Origin: a virus
Taxonomy: Duplodnaviria; Caudoviricetes
DNA length: 51,258 bases
IMG/VR virus record: IMGVR_UViG_3300037762_000162
Coordinates: 1 to 51,258 of that record
Strand: one strand, 5' to 3'
In this document: positions 17,071 through 24,688 of the stretch, one piece after another
How the letters are laid out: every line of letters begins with the position of its first letter
How positions within the stretch are numbered: position 1 is the first letter of the stretch
The notes under the pieces: model-generated
Databases searched by the model: none
Seen by the model: only the letters and a program-made list of their open reading frames with translations
What the model was told of the DNA's origin: nothing
Position numbers and translations under genes: made by a program

Positions 17071-17661
17071 TCATGCCGCGGCCTCCAGGTGGGCCAGCAG
17101 CTGGGCGCCGATATACTCGGTGAACACCGGGGGGACCGCTTCGCGGGCTTCGCGGTTGGTCATCCACCCGCAGCCCATGGCGTCGGCGTAGGCCCGTTCG
17201 CCCTTGTGCATGAACGGCAGCAGCCCGCGGTGGTCGCAGGGGGTGGTGAGTTGGATGCCCGACCATGACGTCTCGAACCAGCGGTGTCGGCGCACCGCGA
17301 GCCCGAACGCGGAGCCGCAGAGCATGAAGTGTGGGCGCAGCGGCGCGGAGGGGACGTTCTCCATCACCCACGGGACGCCGGCCGCCTGCAGTCGTTCCCG
17401 GATGGTGGGGATGAGGTCGGCGTGGTCGTCGGCGCTGCCGCGCCACCGCGTGACGGGGGCGTAGTGCTGGCAGGGTGGGCTGGCGTGGATGACGTCGAAC
17501 CCGTCCAGCGGGTAGGTGAGCGCGTCGGCCTGGTGGAACTCGTACGGGTACCGGGGCTGGGGCCGGTTGTCGACGCCGACCACCGTGAACCCGGCGCGGT
17601 GGTAGCCGACGGAACAGCCGCCCGCCCCGCAGAACAGGTCGAGGAGCCGGGGGCGGGTCAT
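17071..17661 (-). CDS. Short C5-cytosine DNA methyltransferase
   Basis: LDLFCGAGG (motif I), SPPCQ (IV), ENV (VI), R.R (VIII), EAVPP (X). Confidence 0.88.
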   Translation of the reverse strand: MTRPRLLDLFCGAGGCSVGYHRAGFTVVGVDNRPQPRYPYEFHQADALTYPLDGFDVIHASPPCQHYAPVTRWRGSADDHADLIPTIRERLQAAGVPWVMENVPSAPLRPHFMLCGSAFGLAVRRHRWFETSWSGIQLTTPCDHRGLLPFMHKGERAYADAMGCGWMTNREAREAVPPVFTEYIGAQLLAHLEAAA

Positions 17662-17765
17662 GGCCACCGCCGGTTGCGTAGCCACTGCCGGCATCCCCAC
17701 CAGCCGATGAGGCCGCCGGCGAACAGGACGCCGACCCAGATGAGCAGACACTGCGCGGCGGTCAC
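17658..17765 (-). CDS. Small single-TM protein (35 aa)
   Basis: MTAAQCLLIWVGVLFAGGLIGWWGCRQWLRNRRWP; overlaps both neighbours. Confidence 0.6.
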   Translation of the reverse strand: MTAAQCLLIWVGVLFAGGLIGWWGCRQWLRNRRWP

Positions 17766-18025
17766 GGGTCTGTCTCCAGGTAGACGACCTCAACGTCGGC
17801 GGGGTTATAGGTCACCCAGTCGGGGGTCGCTTCGGTGCCGATGTTGACCTCGTACGCATAGATGCGTTCCCGTGCGGCGGCGACCTGGGCGTCGGCGTAC
17901 CGCAGCACCACCGGCAGCACAGCGTCGGCCAGAATGCTTGGCAGCACTTCAGGCGCCTCGAGCATCGGCATTACCAGCGCTGCAGCCAGTTCGTCGCGGA
18001 GTGTGTCGTGCGCCCCCCCGGTCAC
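17762..18025 (-). CDS. Hypothetical protein
   Basis: GTGA-coupled ORF. Confidence 0.65.
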   Translation of the reverse strand: MTGGAHDTLRDELAAALVMPMLEAPEVLPSILADAVLPVVLRYADAQVAAARERIYAYEVNIGTEATPDWVTYNPADVEVVYLETDP

Positions 18026-18354
18026 GGCTGCTCACCGCCGGTGTAGGTGCCGTGCTGCGCCCGCCACGCCGTCACCCGCTTGGCCCGCTTCCGCTTCGCG
18101 GCGGCGATGTCCTTCTTCTCTCCGCGGGCCCAGGCGGCGATGCTGCGCCAGTCCGCGGCCTCCTCGATGAGGACGTGTTCCGCGATCATGTCCTCGACGA
18201 CCGGTGGCAGCGGCTTCGGCGCGGCCGGCTCGGGCCGGTCGGGTGTCCAGCCGACGACGGGCGGGAAGTGCTCGTCGAGAATGTTGCCGATCTCGTCGAC
18301 GGTGTCGGTGAGGATGTTGAACGGGTTGTCGGAGGTGGTCGGTTCGACGGTCAT
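18022..18354 (-). CDS. Hypothetical protein
   Basis: AAGGAG RBS, ATGA-coupled. Confidence 0.7.
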   Translation of the reverse strand: MTVEPTTSDNPFNILTDTVDEIGNILDEHFPPVVGWTPDRPEPAAPKPLPPVVEDMIAEHVLIEEAADWRSIAAWARGEKKDIAAAKRKRAKRVTAWRAQHGTYTGGEQP

Positions 18355-18635
18355 CGGTCGGACTCCTTGTGGAAGGTGTGCCACGCGGTCCACGCCTCAT
18401 CGGCGGTGGTGATGGTGGCGATCGGGTCGAACCCCGGATTGCGCCGGGTGCTGCCAGGCTTTGGTACTGATCGGCGGCACGTGCAGGACACGACCACGTG
18501 CTGCGTTATGCCCCTGTCGGCATGGACGAATGACAGCCGAATCTGATGTGCTGCCGTGTCATCGCGCAGGGTGCATCGTTGCGCCCACCCGGCTGGCGTG
18601 TGGTACGTCGCAGGCGACAGCACGACGGCGGTCAT
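18351..18635 (-). CDS. Hypothetical protein
   Basis: GAGGAG RBS, ATGA-coupled. Confidence 0.65.
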   Translation of the reverse strand: MTAVVLSPATYHTPAGWAQRCTLRDDTAAHQIRLSFVHADRGITQHVVVSCTCRRSVPKPGSTRRNPGFDPIATITTADEAWTAWHTFHKESDR

Positions 18636-18772
18636 CGGTCGGTCTCCTCGGGCCAGTGGTGGAGGATGGTGCGGCCGGGGCAGTCGCGGCACGGCTCGTT
18701 GCGGGTGTGCGGCAGGTTGGGGTCGGGGACCCAGCCGGAGCCGCCGCAGGTGGCGCACGGTTCGGCGGTCAC
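18632..18772 (-). CDS. Small DnaJ-like zinc-finger peptide (46 aa)
   Basis: Hand translation MTAEPCATCGGSGWV...PCRDCPG. Confidence 0.65.
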   Translation of the reverse strand: MTAEPCATCGGSGWVPDPNLPHTRNEPCRDCPGRTILHHWPEETDR

Positions 18773-19041
18773 GGCTGCTCACCGCCCGCAGTGCGGAGTC
18801 GCTCGATCTCGTCCACTAGGGTGGCCATGACGGGGCGGTAGTCCTCGTCCGGGTGCGTGCAGTTCATTGGCAGTCCGGCGTCGCAAGAGCCGCACAGTTG
18901 CAGCCATTTCTCCCGGATGGCGTCGGTGTCCACCACGGTCACGGCCGGCGGCGCCTCCAAGCCGGCGACGATGCGGCGCGCCTGCTCGGCTGTGTAGCCC
19001 TGCTCGACGAGGCGGGCCAGGGCCTCCGCGTGCGCGGTCAC
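18769..19041 (-). CDS. Hypothetical protein
   Basis: GTGA-coupled; CGSC...C; LVDEIERLR coil. Confidence 0.7.
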   Translation of the reverse strand: MTAHAEALARLVEQGYTAEQARRIVAGLEAPPAVTVVDTDAIREKWLQLCGSCDAGLPMNCTHPDEDYRPVMATLVDEIERLRTAGGEQP

Positions 19042-19379
19042 CGCTGCTCACCGGCCAGGTACGCGCGGGCCACGGCCAAGACGGCGACCTCGTCGATGTA
19101 GGCGTTCTCACACCGGTCAGCGGCAGCGGACTCGATCCCAACGGCGAGGGTGTCCAGCAGGTCGGCGACGGCGAGCGCCACCGCCGGATGCCACGACGCG
19201 ATGTGGGTGATGTCTCGACGGTGCGCGTCCTCGTCGTAGAACACGGTCCAGCCGTCGTCGCCATAGTTCGGAGCCACAACAGCGGTGTTCTCTTCGGCTT
19301 CCCAGGGACTCGGCGTGGCCTTGGTTGCCCGTTCCCGCATCAGGGCAGCGGCCCGGCGGATCTCCTCCACCGCGGTCAC
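19038..19379 (-). CDS. Ead/Ea22-like protein
   Basis: ATKATPSPW...HIASWHPAVALAVADLL pattern. Confidence 0.7.
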   Translation of the reverse strand: MTAVEEIRRAAALMRERATKATPSPWEAEENTAVVAPNYGDDGWTVFYDEDAHRRDITHIASWHPAVALAVADLLDTLAVGIESAAADRCENAYIDEVAVLAVARAYLAGEQR

Positions 19380-19449
19380 GGTTCGGCCCACCCGTCCCGG
19401 GCCAACGCCCGCGTCTCCGAGTCGTACATGGCGGTACGCTCCTTCTGTT

Positions 19450-19605
19450 GGTGCGGTCTCCGGCCTGTGGGGAAGCGGGTCCGGGGGCCGCGTCTTTGTC
19501 CGGTCACCCCACCGCCGGGTTCGGGGCGTTCACCGGCGGTGGGGGTGGTACGGACCCGCCGGCCGCGGAGCTGAGTGGGGGAACTCAAGACGCGGCCGGC
19601 GGGCG
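19450..19605 (-). other. Structured intergenic RNA element (tandem hairpins)
   Basis: 13-bp inverted repeat 19555-19567/19591-19603; second hairpin ~19505-19547; alternative pairings. Confidence 0.5.
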
Positions 19606-19607
19606 TC

Positions 19608-19835
19608 TCAGGGGTCCGGTGGCGGGCCGTCGTTGTCGAGGATGGCGAGCAGACGCCGGGCGAGGCCGCCGCAGTAGCCGTCGAGCCAGACCAGGTCCAG
19701 GCGCGCCCGGATCGCTTGCAGTTTCTCCGTGTCGGTCATAGCGGCCCCCTTCGGTCTGGGCATGGGTCGGGGTTGCCCGGGCCAGGGGCCGGGGCCGGCC
19801 GGTAGGGGACGCGGGCCGTTGGGGTCGCCGATCAC
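19608..19835 (-). CDS. Hypothetical protein (alternative start 19739)
   Basis: GTGA-coupled ORF. Confidence 0.5.
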   Translation of the reverse strand: MIGDPNGPRPLPAGPGPWPGQPRPMPRPKGAAMTDTEKLQAIRARLDLVWLDGYCGGLARRLLAILDNDGPPPDP

Positions 19836-19957
19836 GGCTGCCTCCGGTACTTCCCGCCGCGGGGGTGGTGTTCGAGGTGGGACTCCCACTTGACGAACAC
19901 GCCGAACACGACCAGGCAGATGGCGACGACGGCGGCGAGCTGCCACAACGCGGTCAC
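19832..19957 (-). CDS. Small single-TM protein
   Basis: MTALWQLAAVVAICLVVFGVFVKW... Confidence 0.65.
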   Translation of the reverse strand: MTALWQLAAVVAICLVVFGVFVKWESHLEHHPRGGKYRRQP

Positions 19958-20052
19958 GACACCACCCACCAGACGGTGGCCACGACCAACGCGGCGGAGG
20001 CGGCCATGAGCAGCAGGCCGACCAGCCGGTACCAGTCGATGCGGTGGATCAT
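19954..20052 (-). CDS. Small single-TM protein (32 aa)
   Basis: MIHRIDWYRLVGLLLMAASALVVATVWWVVS; overlaps both neighbours. Confidence 0.6.
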   Translation of the reverse strand: MIHRIDWYRLVGLLLMAASAALVVATVWWVVS

Positions 20053-20243
20053 CGGGCACCTCGCAGCCACTGCAGGAGGTCGGCGTGCAGGATGAGGTGT
20101 TTGCGGATGCGGCGGCCGTTGACTTCGGGTTGCACGGTGCGTAGGTCGCCGGAGCGGATGGCGGCGCCGATGGTGTACTCGGACACGCCGGTCTTCTCCG
20201 CCGCCTGCCGCGGGGTGTAACTGATCTGAGACAGGTCGGTCAT
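20049..20243 (-). CDS. xis: Excisionase-like HTH protein
   Basis: YTPRQAAEKTGVSEYTI.AAIRSGDL...LI...DL.QWL. Confidence 0.8.
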   Translation of the reverse strand: MTDLSQISYTPRQAAEKTGVSEYTIGAAIRSGDLRTVQPEVNGRRIRKHLILHADLLQWLRGAR

Positions 20244-20280
20244 CGGGAGGCCACCGCCTTCCGCTTCGGCGGCCGGGCGT

Positions 20281-20556
20281 TCACTGCGACACCTCGGTCC
20301 AGTCGCTGTACGTGAACTCTCGGTGCTCTGTGACTCGACCCACCAGCACTTGGTCGCGATTTGCGCGGAGGCAGTCGTCGCAGATGTTCAATTCCAGGAA
20401 GGAGCCGTCCATCGCGTCGAACGCGGTGGAGCCGTAGTGGCCGTGGGAGACGAAGGTGGTCCCGGCGTATGGCTGGTTGTCGTCGGTGTGCTCAGGCGGG
20501 AAGGCGCTCTCCAGTTCCTTGCCGCACTTGAAGCAGCCGAGGATGCGGGCGCTCAT
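20281..20556 (-). CDS. Hypothetical zinc-binding protein
   Basis: CFKC...GHYGST.FD...ICDDC; ATGA-coupled to Cro. Confidence 0.7.
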   Translation of the reverse strand: MSARILGCFKCGKELESAFPPEHTDDNQPYAGTTFVSHGHYGSTAFDAMDGSFLELNICDDCLRANRDQVLVGRVTEHREFTYSDWTEVSQ

Positions 20557-20816
20557 GCGACACCGGCCGTGGTGCCGTTGGCGTCGCGGGTGAACAGGTC
20601 GTCGAAGCCGGCGTCGGTGACGGCGAGCAGCCCGGAGATGGTGGCCGGGCCGCACGGGTCGCCGGCGATGATGCGGGTGACGGTGGACACGTTGACGCCG
20701 ATGGCGTCGGCGATGGCGGTGGCGTTGAGCCGGTCGCGGCCGCCGGGTTTGGTCCAGCCGTTGCGTTCGGCGAGCGCCCGCAGGGCGTCGAGTCTGAGGT
20801 ACACGCGGGTGGCCAT
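20553..20816 (-). CDS. Cro-like HTH regulator
   Basis: NATAIADAIGVNVSTVTRII.G; first gene of early operon, GGAGG RBS, divergent from repressor. Confidence 0.85.
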   Translation of the reverse strand: MATRVYLRLDALRALAERNGWTKPGGRDRLNATAIADAIGVNVSTVTRIIAGDPCGPATISGLLAVTDAGFDDLFTRDANGTTAGVA

Positions 20817-20842
20817 GCGCCACGCCCCTCCATCCGTTATTG

Positions 20843-20959
20843 CTTGCCTGCACGCAAGTTAGCAAGGTGCGTGCGGACATGCAATACTCTGGGCGGGAAA
20901 GTTTCACATCTCACAGCAGGGGTGAGGCGTGGACAGTAGACAGTTTGCGTGCAGGCAAG
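20843..20959. promoter_or_regulatory. Genetic switch with operators
   Basis: CTTGCCTGCACGCAA (20843-20857) and its exact inverse TTGCGTGCAGGCAAG (20945-20959); degenerate copy 20867-20880; TACGGT -10 at 20960-20965. Confidence 0.75.
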
Positions 20960-20972
20960 TACGGTGCTGGTC

Positions 20973-21242
20973 GTGACGGTGGGTCGAGGGTGGGGGTCGT
21001 GGATCCGAGCCGTCCTCGACGAAACCGGCACCACCCCAGCCGAGCTGGCGAAACGGATCGGCGTGCGGCAGTCGACGGTTTCGCGGTGGCTGTCCGGTGA
21101 GACCGACCGGCCCAGTTTCGAGCTCGCCGTCGACGTCGGCGTGGTATTCGGGCGGGTTCCTGACGCTTTGCGCGCGGCCCGCTACCGGCCGGATCTACCT
21201 GACGGCGAAAACGAGGCGGCGGATCCTTCACAAGCGGTGTGA
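20973..21242 (+). CDS. Immunity repressor (XRE HTH), probably leaderless
   Basis: TPAELAKRIGVRQSTVSRWLSG; GTG 7 nt after TACGGT. Confidence 0.85.
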   Translation: MTVGRGWGSWIRAVLDETGTTPAELAKRIGVRQSTVSRWLSGETDRPSFELAVDVGVVFGRVPDALRAARYRPDLPDGENEAADPSQAV

Positions 21243-21261
21243 CGGGGCGTAAGTTGCGCCC

Positions 21262-21909
21262 ATGCAACCAGCGGGGGATGGCCGCGAACTGCGGCTGCAA
21301 CTGAAGGAACTGCTCCAGCGGGCCGACCGTCTCGCCTTACTGATTCAGCAGGCCGAAGCACCCAGACACGCCGCCGACCGCCCGAGACTGACGCTGATCC
21401 ACGGCGGGAAGGCGTTGGTGTTGGCGCCGGTGATGTGGGTGTGGGCGACCTTCCGTGAGAACGCGAAGGCTTCCACTTTCGCCGCTGCCGGGCTACTGGC
21501 GGTGCCGACGACGCTGGGTGTGGGTGTGGCTACTCCGGAGATCCACCCGGGGGCACCACCAGTATCGACCGCGCCACGTCAGGTAGACGAACAGCCGGAG
21601 CTGCGGCCGACGTCGTTCGCGTCGCTGCCGCGCCCGCCAACGCCAACCCCCACGCCGACGCCCACCGAGACGGCCGAGGCGGTGAAGTCGGAGGCGCTAC
21701 CCCCCGTGTCTCCGGCTCCCGTCTCGGTCCCGGCCCCTGTCTCGACACCGACACCGACACCGACATCGACACCGACCGCCCCCGTTGTCGAGGAGGTGGT
21801 GTGGACGAGGACGACGGCGCTGGTCCACTGCCGCGACGTGCTCGAGGTGCCGGCGGCGGACCTGCAGGACTGCGTGCAGGAACTACTAGCGGGCTCTAGC
21901 GGAGGGTGA
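21262..21909 (+). CDS. Membrane-anchored Pro/Thr-rich protein
   Basis: N-terminal coil, hydrophobic segments, PTPTPT linkers, C-terminal Cys pair. Confidence 0.75.
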   Translation: MQPAGDGRELRLQLKELLQRADRLALLIQQAEAPRHAADRPRLTLIHGGKALVLAPVMWVWATFRENAKASTFAAAGLLAVPTTLGVGVATPEIHPGAPPVSTAPRQVDEQPELRPTSFASLPRPPTPTPTPTPTETAEAVKSEALPPVSPAPVSVPAPVSTPTPTPTSTPTAPVVEEVVWTRTTALVHCRDVLEVPAADLQDCVQELLAGSSGG

Positions 21910-21982
21910 AGGAATCGAACCCTCAGGCGTTACCCTGGCCAGGTTTTCGGGACCTGTTGCCGACCATTCAGCGCCACCCTCC
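21900..21982 (-). tRNA. tRNA-Ser(CGA), atypical C33
   Basis: GGAGGGT/ACCCTCC acceptor, CAGGT-CCCGAAA-ACCTG anticodon arm, long variable arm, GGTTCGATTCC T arm, G discriminator. Confidence 0.85.
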
Positions 21983-21985
21983 CAG

Positions 21986-22069
21986 CGGAGAGGGCGGGAC
22001 TCGAACCCGCGACGCCACGAGGACGCTACGCCTTAGCAGGGCGCTGCCTTACCGCTCGGCCACCTCTCC
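21986..22069 (-). tRNA. tRNA-Ser(GCT)
   Basis: GGAGAGG/CCTCTCC acceptor, GCGCC-CTGCTAA-GGCGT anticodon arm, long variable arm, GGTTCGAGTCC T arm. Confidence 0.92.
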
Positions 22070-22130
22070 CGGGTCAGGATGAGGCCGAACTAGAGCGGTA
22101 GTGGTAGTCGCGCCAGCGCATGGGCACAGA

Positions 22131-23363
22131 CTACTCCGGCTCGAGCTCCAGTAGCCGTCCCAGCCGGGCTGCCGCGTCGTGCGCCGCCTCAGCAGATAGG
22201 TGTTGGTAGCGCCGCGCAGCAACCACGGTGGAATGGCCGACCATCTGCATGATCTCGTTCTCCGGCACTCTCAACGCCATCAGCGCCGACACGCACGTAT
22301 GCCGGGCGGAGTGGACGGTCACCGCCGGCAGGCCGAGGCGGGCGAGCAGCTGCCGCCACTCCTCGTAGTCTTCGCGTAGGTCCACCGGCCGGCCCCCGTT
22401 CCGCGACCACACCAGGCCATGCCGCCCGGGCGGGTGCTGTTCGCGGTGCCGGCCCAGCCACGCCACCAAAGCGCCGGTCAGCGGGACCATCTTCCGCCGG
22501 CCGCCCTTGGGTCGGGTCAGGCAGAGCGCCCCGTCGAGGACGACGTGCTCCCGGGACGGCCGCACCGCCAAGCGGCGGTAGGGGCAGTCCCCGCCGTGCC
22601 GGCGCCCACAGGGCGGGTCGCAGCCGTGCTCGTAGGGGACCCGGGTCAACGACCAGGCAATGTCCGCCAGCCCGTTGTCGAGGTCGACGTGCGACCACCG
22701 CAAACCGAGGCACTCGCCCTGCCGTTGCCCGGTCAGCAGCCCGAACGCCCACCTGGATCCGTACGGGTCGTCGACCACGGCGCGGAGCAGGGTGGCCGCC
22801 TGGACGACATCAAGGAACTCCGGCTGATAATGGCCGGCTGAGGGGCGGTCCACCATCTGCGCCGGGTTGCGGGTGATGAACCCCATCCGCATGGCGTCGC
22901 GCAGGGCCCGGGACAGTACGGCGTGCGCGCGGAGGACAGTGGATTCCTCGAGCATGCCCTGGCCGCGGGCCTTCGGCTGGTTCCGCAGCGTCTGGTGCAG
23001 GGCGACGATGTGGGCGGGGGTGAGTTTGTCGAGGCGGTGTCGGCCGATGTGCGGGATGAGGTGCCGGTCGACGTAGGAGCGGTGTGAGGCCAGGGTGCGG
23101 GGGGCGACCCGCTGGGCGGCGATGTCGTCGAGCCAGCGGCGCAGCCACTCCCCGGTCGTGGGGATGTCGGCGCCGAAGGAGGCGCCGGCGTCGAGGTCGC
23201 GTTGCGCCTTCCGCAGTTTCGCCACCACGTCGGCCTTCGTTTTGCCGGAGAAGGTGCGCCGGCGGCGTCTGCCTTTGTCCCAGCCGAGCTCCAACGCGGC
23301 GATCCAGTAGCCGTCGGTGCGCCGGTACACCGCGCCGGAGCCGTAGTCGCGGCGACGAGTCAT
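22131..23363 (-). CDS. int: Tyrosine integrase
   Basis: G.G.VY.R.DG.W arm-binding domain; catalytic R (GQRQGE), K, HSAR, GHS, Y (RYQH); Cys-rich insertion. Confidence 0.95.
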   Translation of the reverse strand: MTRRRDYGSGAVYRRTDGYWIAALELGWDKGRRRRRTFSGKTKADVVAKLRKAQRDLDAGASFGADIPTTGEWLRRWLDDIAAQRVAPRTLASHRSYVDRHLIPHIGRHRLDKLTPAHIVALHQTLRNQPKARGQGMLEESTVLRAHAVLSRALRDAMRMGFITRNPAQMVDRPSAGHYQPEFLDVVQAATLLRAVVDDPYGSRWAFGLLTGQRQGECLGLRWSHVDLDNGLADIAWSLTRVPYEHGCDPPCGRRHGGDCPYRRLAVRPSREHVVLDGALCLTRPKGGRRKMVPLTGALVAWLGRHREQHPPGRHGLVWSRNGGRPVDLREDYEEWRQLLARLGLPAVTVHSARHTCVSALMALRVPENEIMQMVGHSTVVAARRYQHLSAEAAHDAAARLGRLLELEPE

Positions 23364-23497
23364 GGCCGGCGTCGCCTTCCGATGCGCCACACATGGTCGC
23401 GGCGAACGAAGTGGCCGACAGTAATCCCGGCACCCACGATCGCGACGGCAAGAGCAATCGCAACAGCCAAGGCCGTCAGGAACTCGACCAGGGTCAC
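23360..23497 (-). CDS. Small single-TM protein (45 aa)
   Basis: MTLVEFLTALAVAIALAVAIVGAGITVG...RRRRP; couples upstream gene to integrase. Confidence 0.65.
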   Translation of the reverse strand: MTLVEFLTALAVAIALAVAIVGAGITVGHFVRRDHVWRIGRRRRP

Positions 23498-23766
23498 GGC
23501 TCGGTCACCTCACGTTCTTTGCGCAATGCGGCGAGAGCCTCCTGCGCTTCGGCAATGAACCGCTCCAGCTCGGCGACGGCCTCGGTGTGAGAGACCCCGT
23601 CCGCATAGGCCCTGCCCGCGGAGATCACCCACTCGTCGCACTGATGGGGCAGTGAGACTCGCCAGAGTCCTTCGGGATGCGGGTACTTGGTCAGCGTGCC
23701 GTCGACGACCGGTTCGCCATAGAGGTGGTCCGTCCGTTGGACGGTGAAACCGAACGGCTGTGTCAT
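23494..23766 (-). CDS. Hypothetical protein
   Basis: GAGGAG RBS before ATG 23766. Confidence 0.7.
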   Translation of the reverse strand: MTQPFGFTVQRTDHLYGEPVVDGTLTKYPHPEGLWRVSLPHQCDEWVISAGRAYADGVSHTEAVAELERFIAEAQEALAALRKEREVTEP

Positions 23767-23799
23767 TCCCCGCTCCTCACCCTCTAGTAGAGGTTGATT

Positions 23800-23885
23800 G
23801 TAGCCATTTGAATGGCTACCAATCTGAGGACAGCCTACCAGAGTTTGTGCCATGTTTGTGCCACGGGTAGACATGTGTAGCCATG
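23800..23885. repeat. Candidate integrase arm-type/accessory binding sites
   Basis: GTAGCCATT-TG-AATGGCTAC inverted repeat (23800-23819), GTTTGTGCCA x2 (23843-23863), GTAGCCAT (~23877). Confidence 0.6.
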
Positions 23886-23924
23886 TGTGAAAGACTGTGC
23901 CCATGAGCGTGACCTGCGGAAACG

Positions 23925-23973
23925 GGAGCCGCCTGCGGGATTCGAACCCGCGACCTACGCATTACGAGTGCGT
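23925..23973 (-). other. attP common core = 3' half of tRNA-Thr(CGT)
   Basis: ACGCA-CTCGTAA-TGCGT anticodon arm, T arm and 3' acceptor strand but no D arm or 5' strand; near integrase; flanked by ACCTGCGGAAAC direct repeats. Confidence 0.88.
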
Positions 23974-24063
23974 CGGTCCACACGGCGCACGTGCCGCCTC
24001 ACCTGCGGAAACACAACCCTGTGATGCACTTTCGACAGCCATCCCGGCAGCCAAGGAGACCTC

Positions 24064-24219
24064 ATGACCTTCCTCAGCGAGCTCGCCCGCATCCTCGGCA
24101 AAGCGTCCGTGTACAGCCGGGACGCCAACGCGGTCGCCCGCGGCCGGCTGCTCGAGCGGCTGGCGAACCGGGTCATGGGGCGGGCGGTGTCGCGGGGGAT
24201 GCGGAGGCTGTGGCAGTGA
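24064..24219 (+). CDS. Small basic amphipathic protein (51 aa)
   Basis: AAGGAG RBS; MTFLSELARILGKASVYSRDANAVARGRLLERLANRVMGRAVSRGMRRLWQ. Confidence 0.7.
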   Translation: MTFLSELARILGKASVYSRDANAVARGRLLERLANRVMGRAVSRGMRRLWQ

Positions 24220-24422
24220 ACCAACTGGTGCGTTGTCTGCATTGTGGAGGGACCTACGACCTCGGCAAGGTGACCGTCGTGGCCCGCTATACCGATTGTT
24301 CCGTCTGGCGCACGCCCTGCTGCGATCTCACCGTTGATGACCGTGGGGAGACTGGCTGGAAATCAAAACGCGACTATGAACGCATCGACGAGTCCTCGCC
24401 TTGGGGCTCGGGAACCGGCTGA
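24216..24422 (+). CDS. Small zinc-ribbon protein
   Basis: GTGA overlap; CLHC...PCC. Confidence 0.7.
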   Translation: MNQLVRCLHCGGTYDLGKVTVVARYTDCSVWRTPCCDLTVDDRGETGWKSKRDYERIDESSPWGSGTG

Positions 24423-24493
24423 TCGGGCGGGCGTGGACCACGTTCATGCGAGGGAAATGGCTGTGATGGCTGACGGCCGACCGAAGGAGACCC

Positions 24494-24688
24494 ATGAGTG
24501 ACGCGCAGCGGCTGTCCCGCCTCCTATTCGAGGCCCGCGAACTCATCGACATGATGGGCGACATAGTCGAGGCCCGCTCCGGTCGACCCGATACGTGGAG
24601 CCGCCGGGTGCGCGACGAGATCGACACCTACCGCGCCGAGCAAGGCTGGTCGCCGCACGGATTCGGCGATGAGACAGCGCGGCCATGA
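24494..24688 (+). CDS. Hypothetical protein
   Basis: AAGGAG RBS. Confidence 0.7.
   Translation: MSDAQRLSRLLFEARELIDMMGDIVEARSGRPDTWSRRVRDEIDTYRAEQGWSPHGFGDETARP

Noticed and set aside
21630-21780. ACACCG-type short tandem repeats as TraB recognition locus or CRISPR
   Set aside because: 6-bp period encoding PT linkers within a CDS; no spacers
23925-23973. Third functional tRNA (Thr)
   Set aside because: Only anticodon arm to 3' end present; interpreted as attP core
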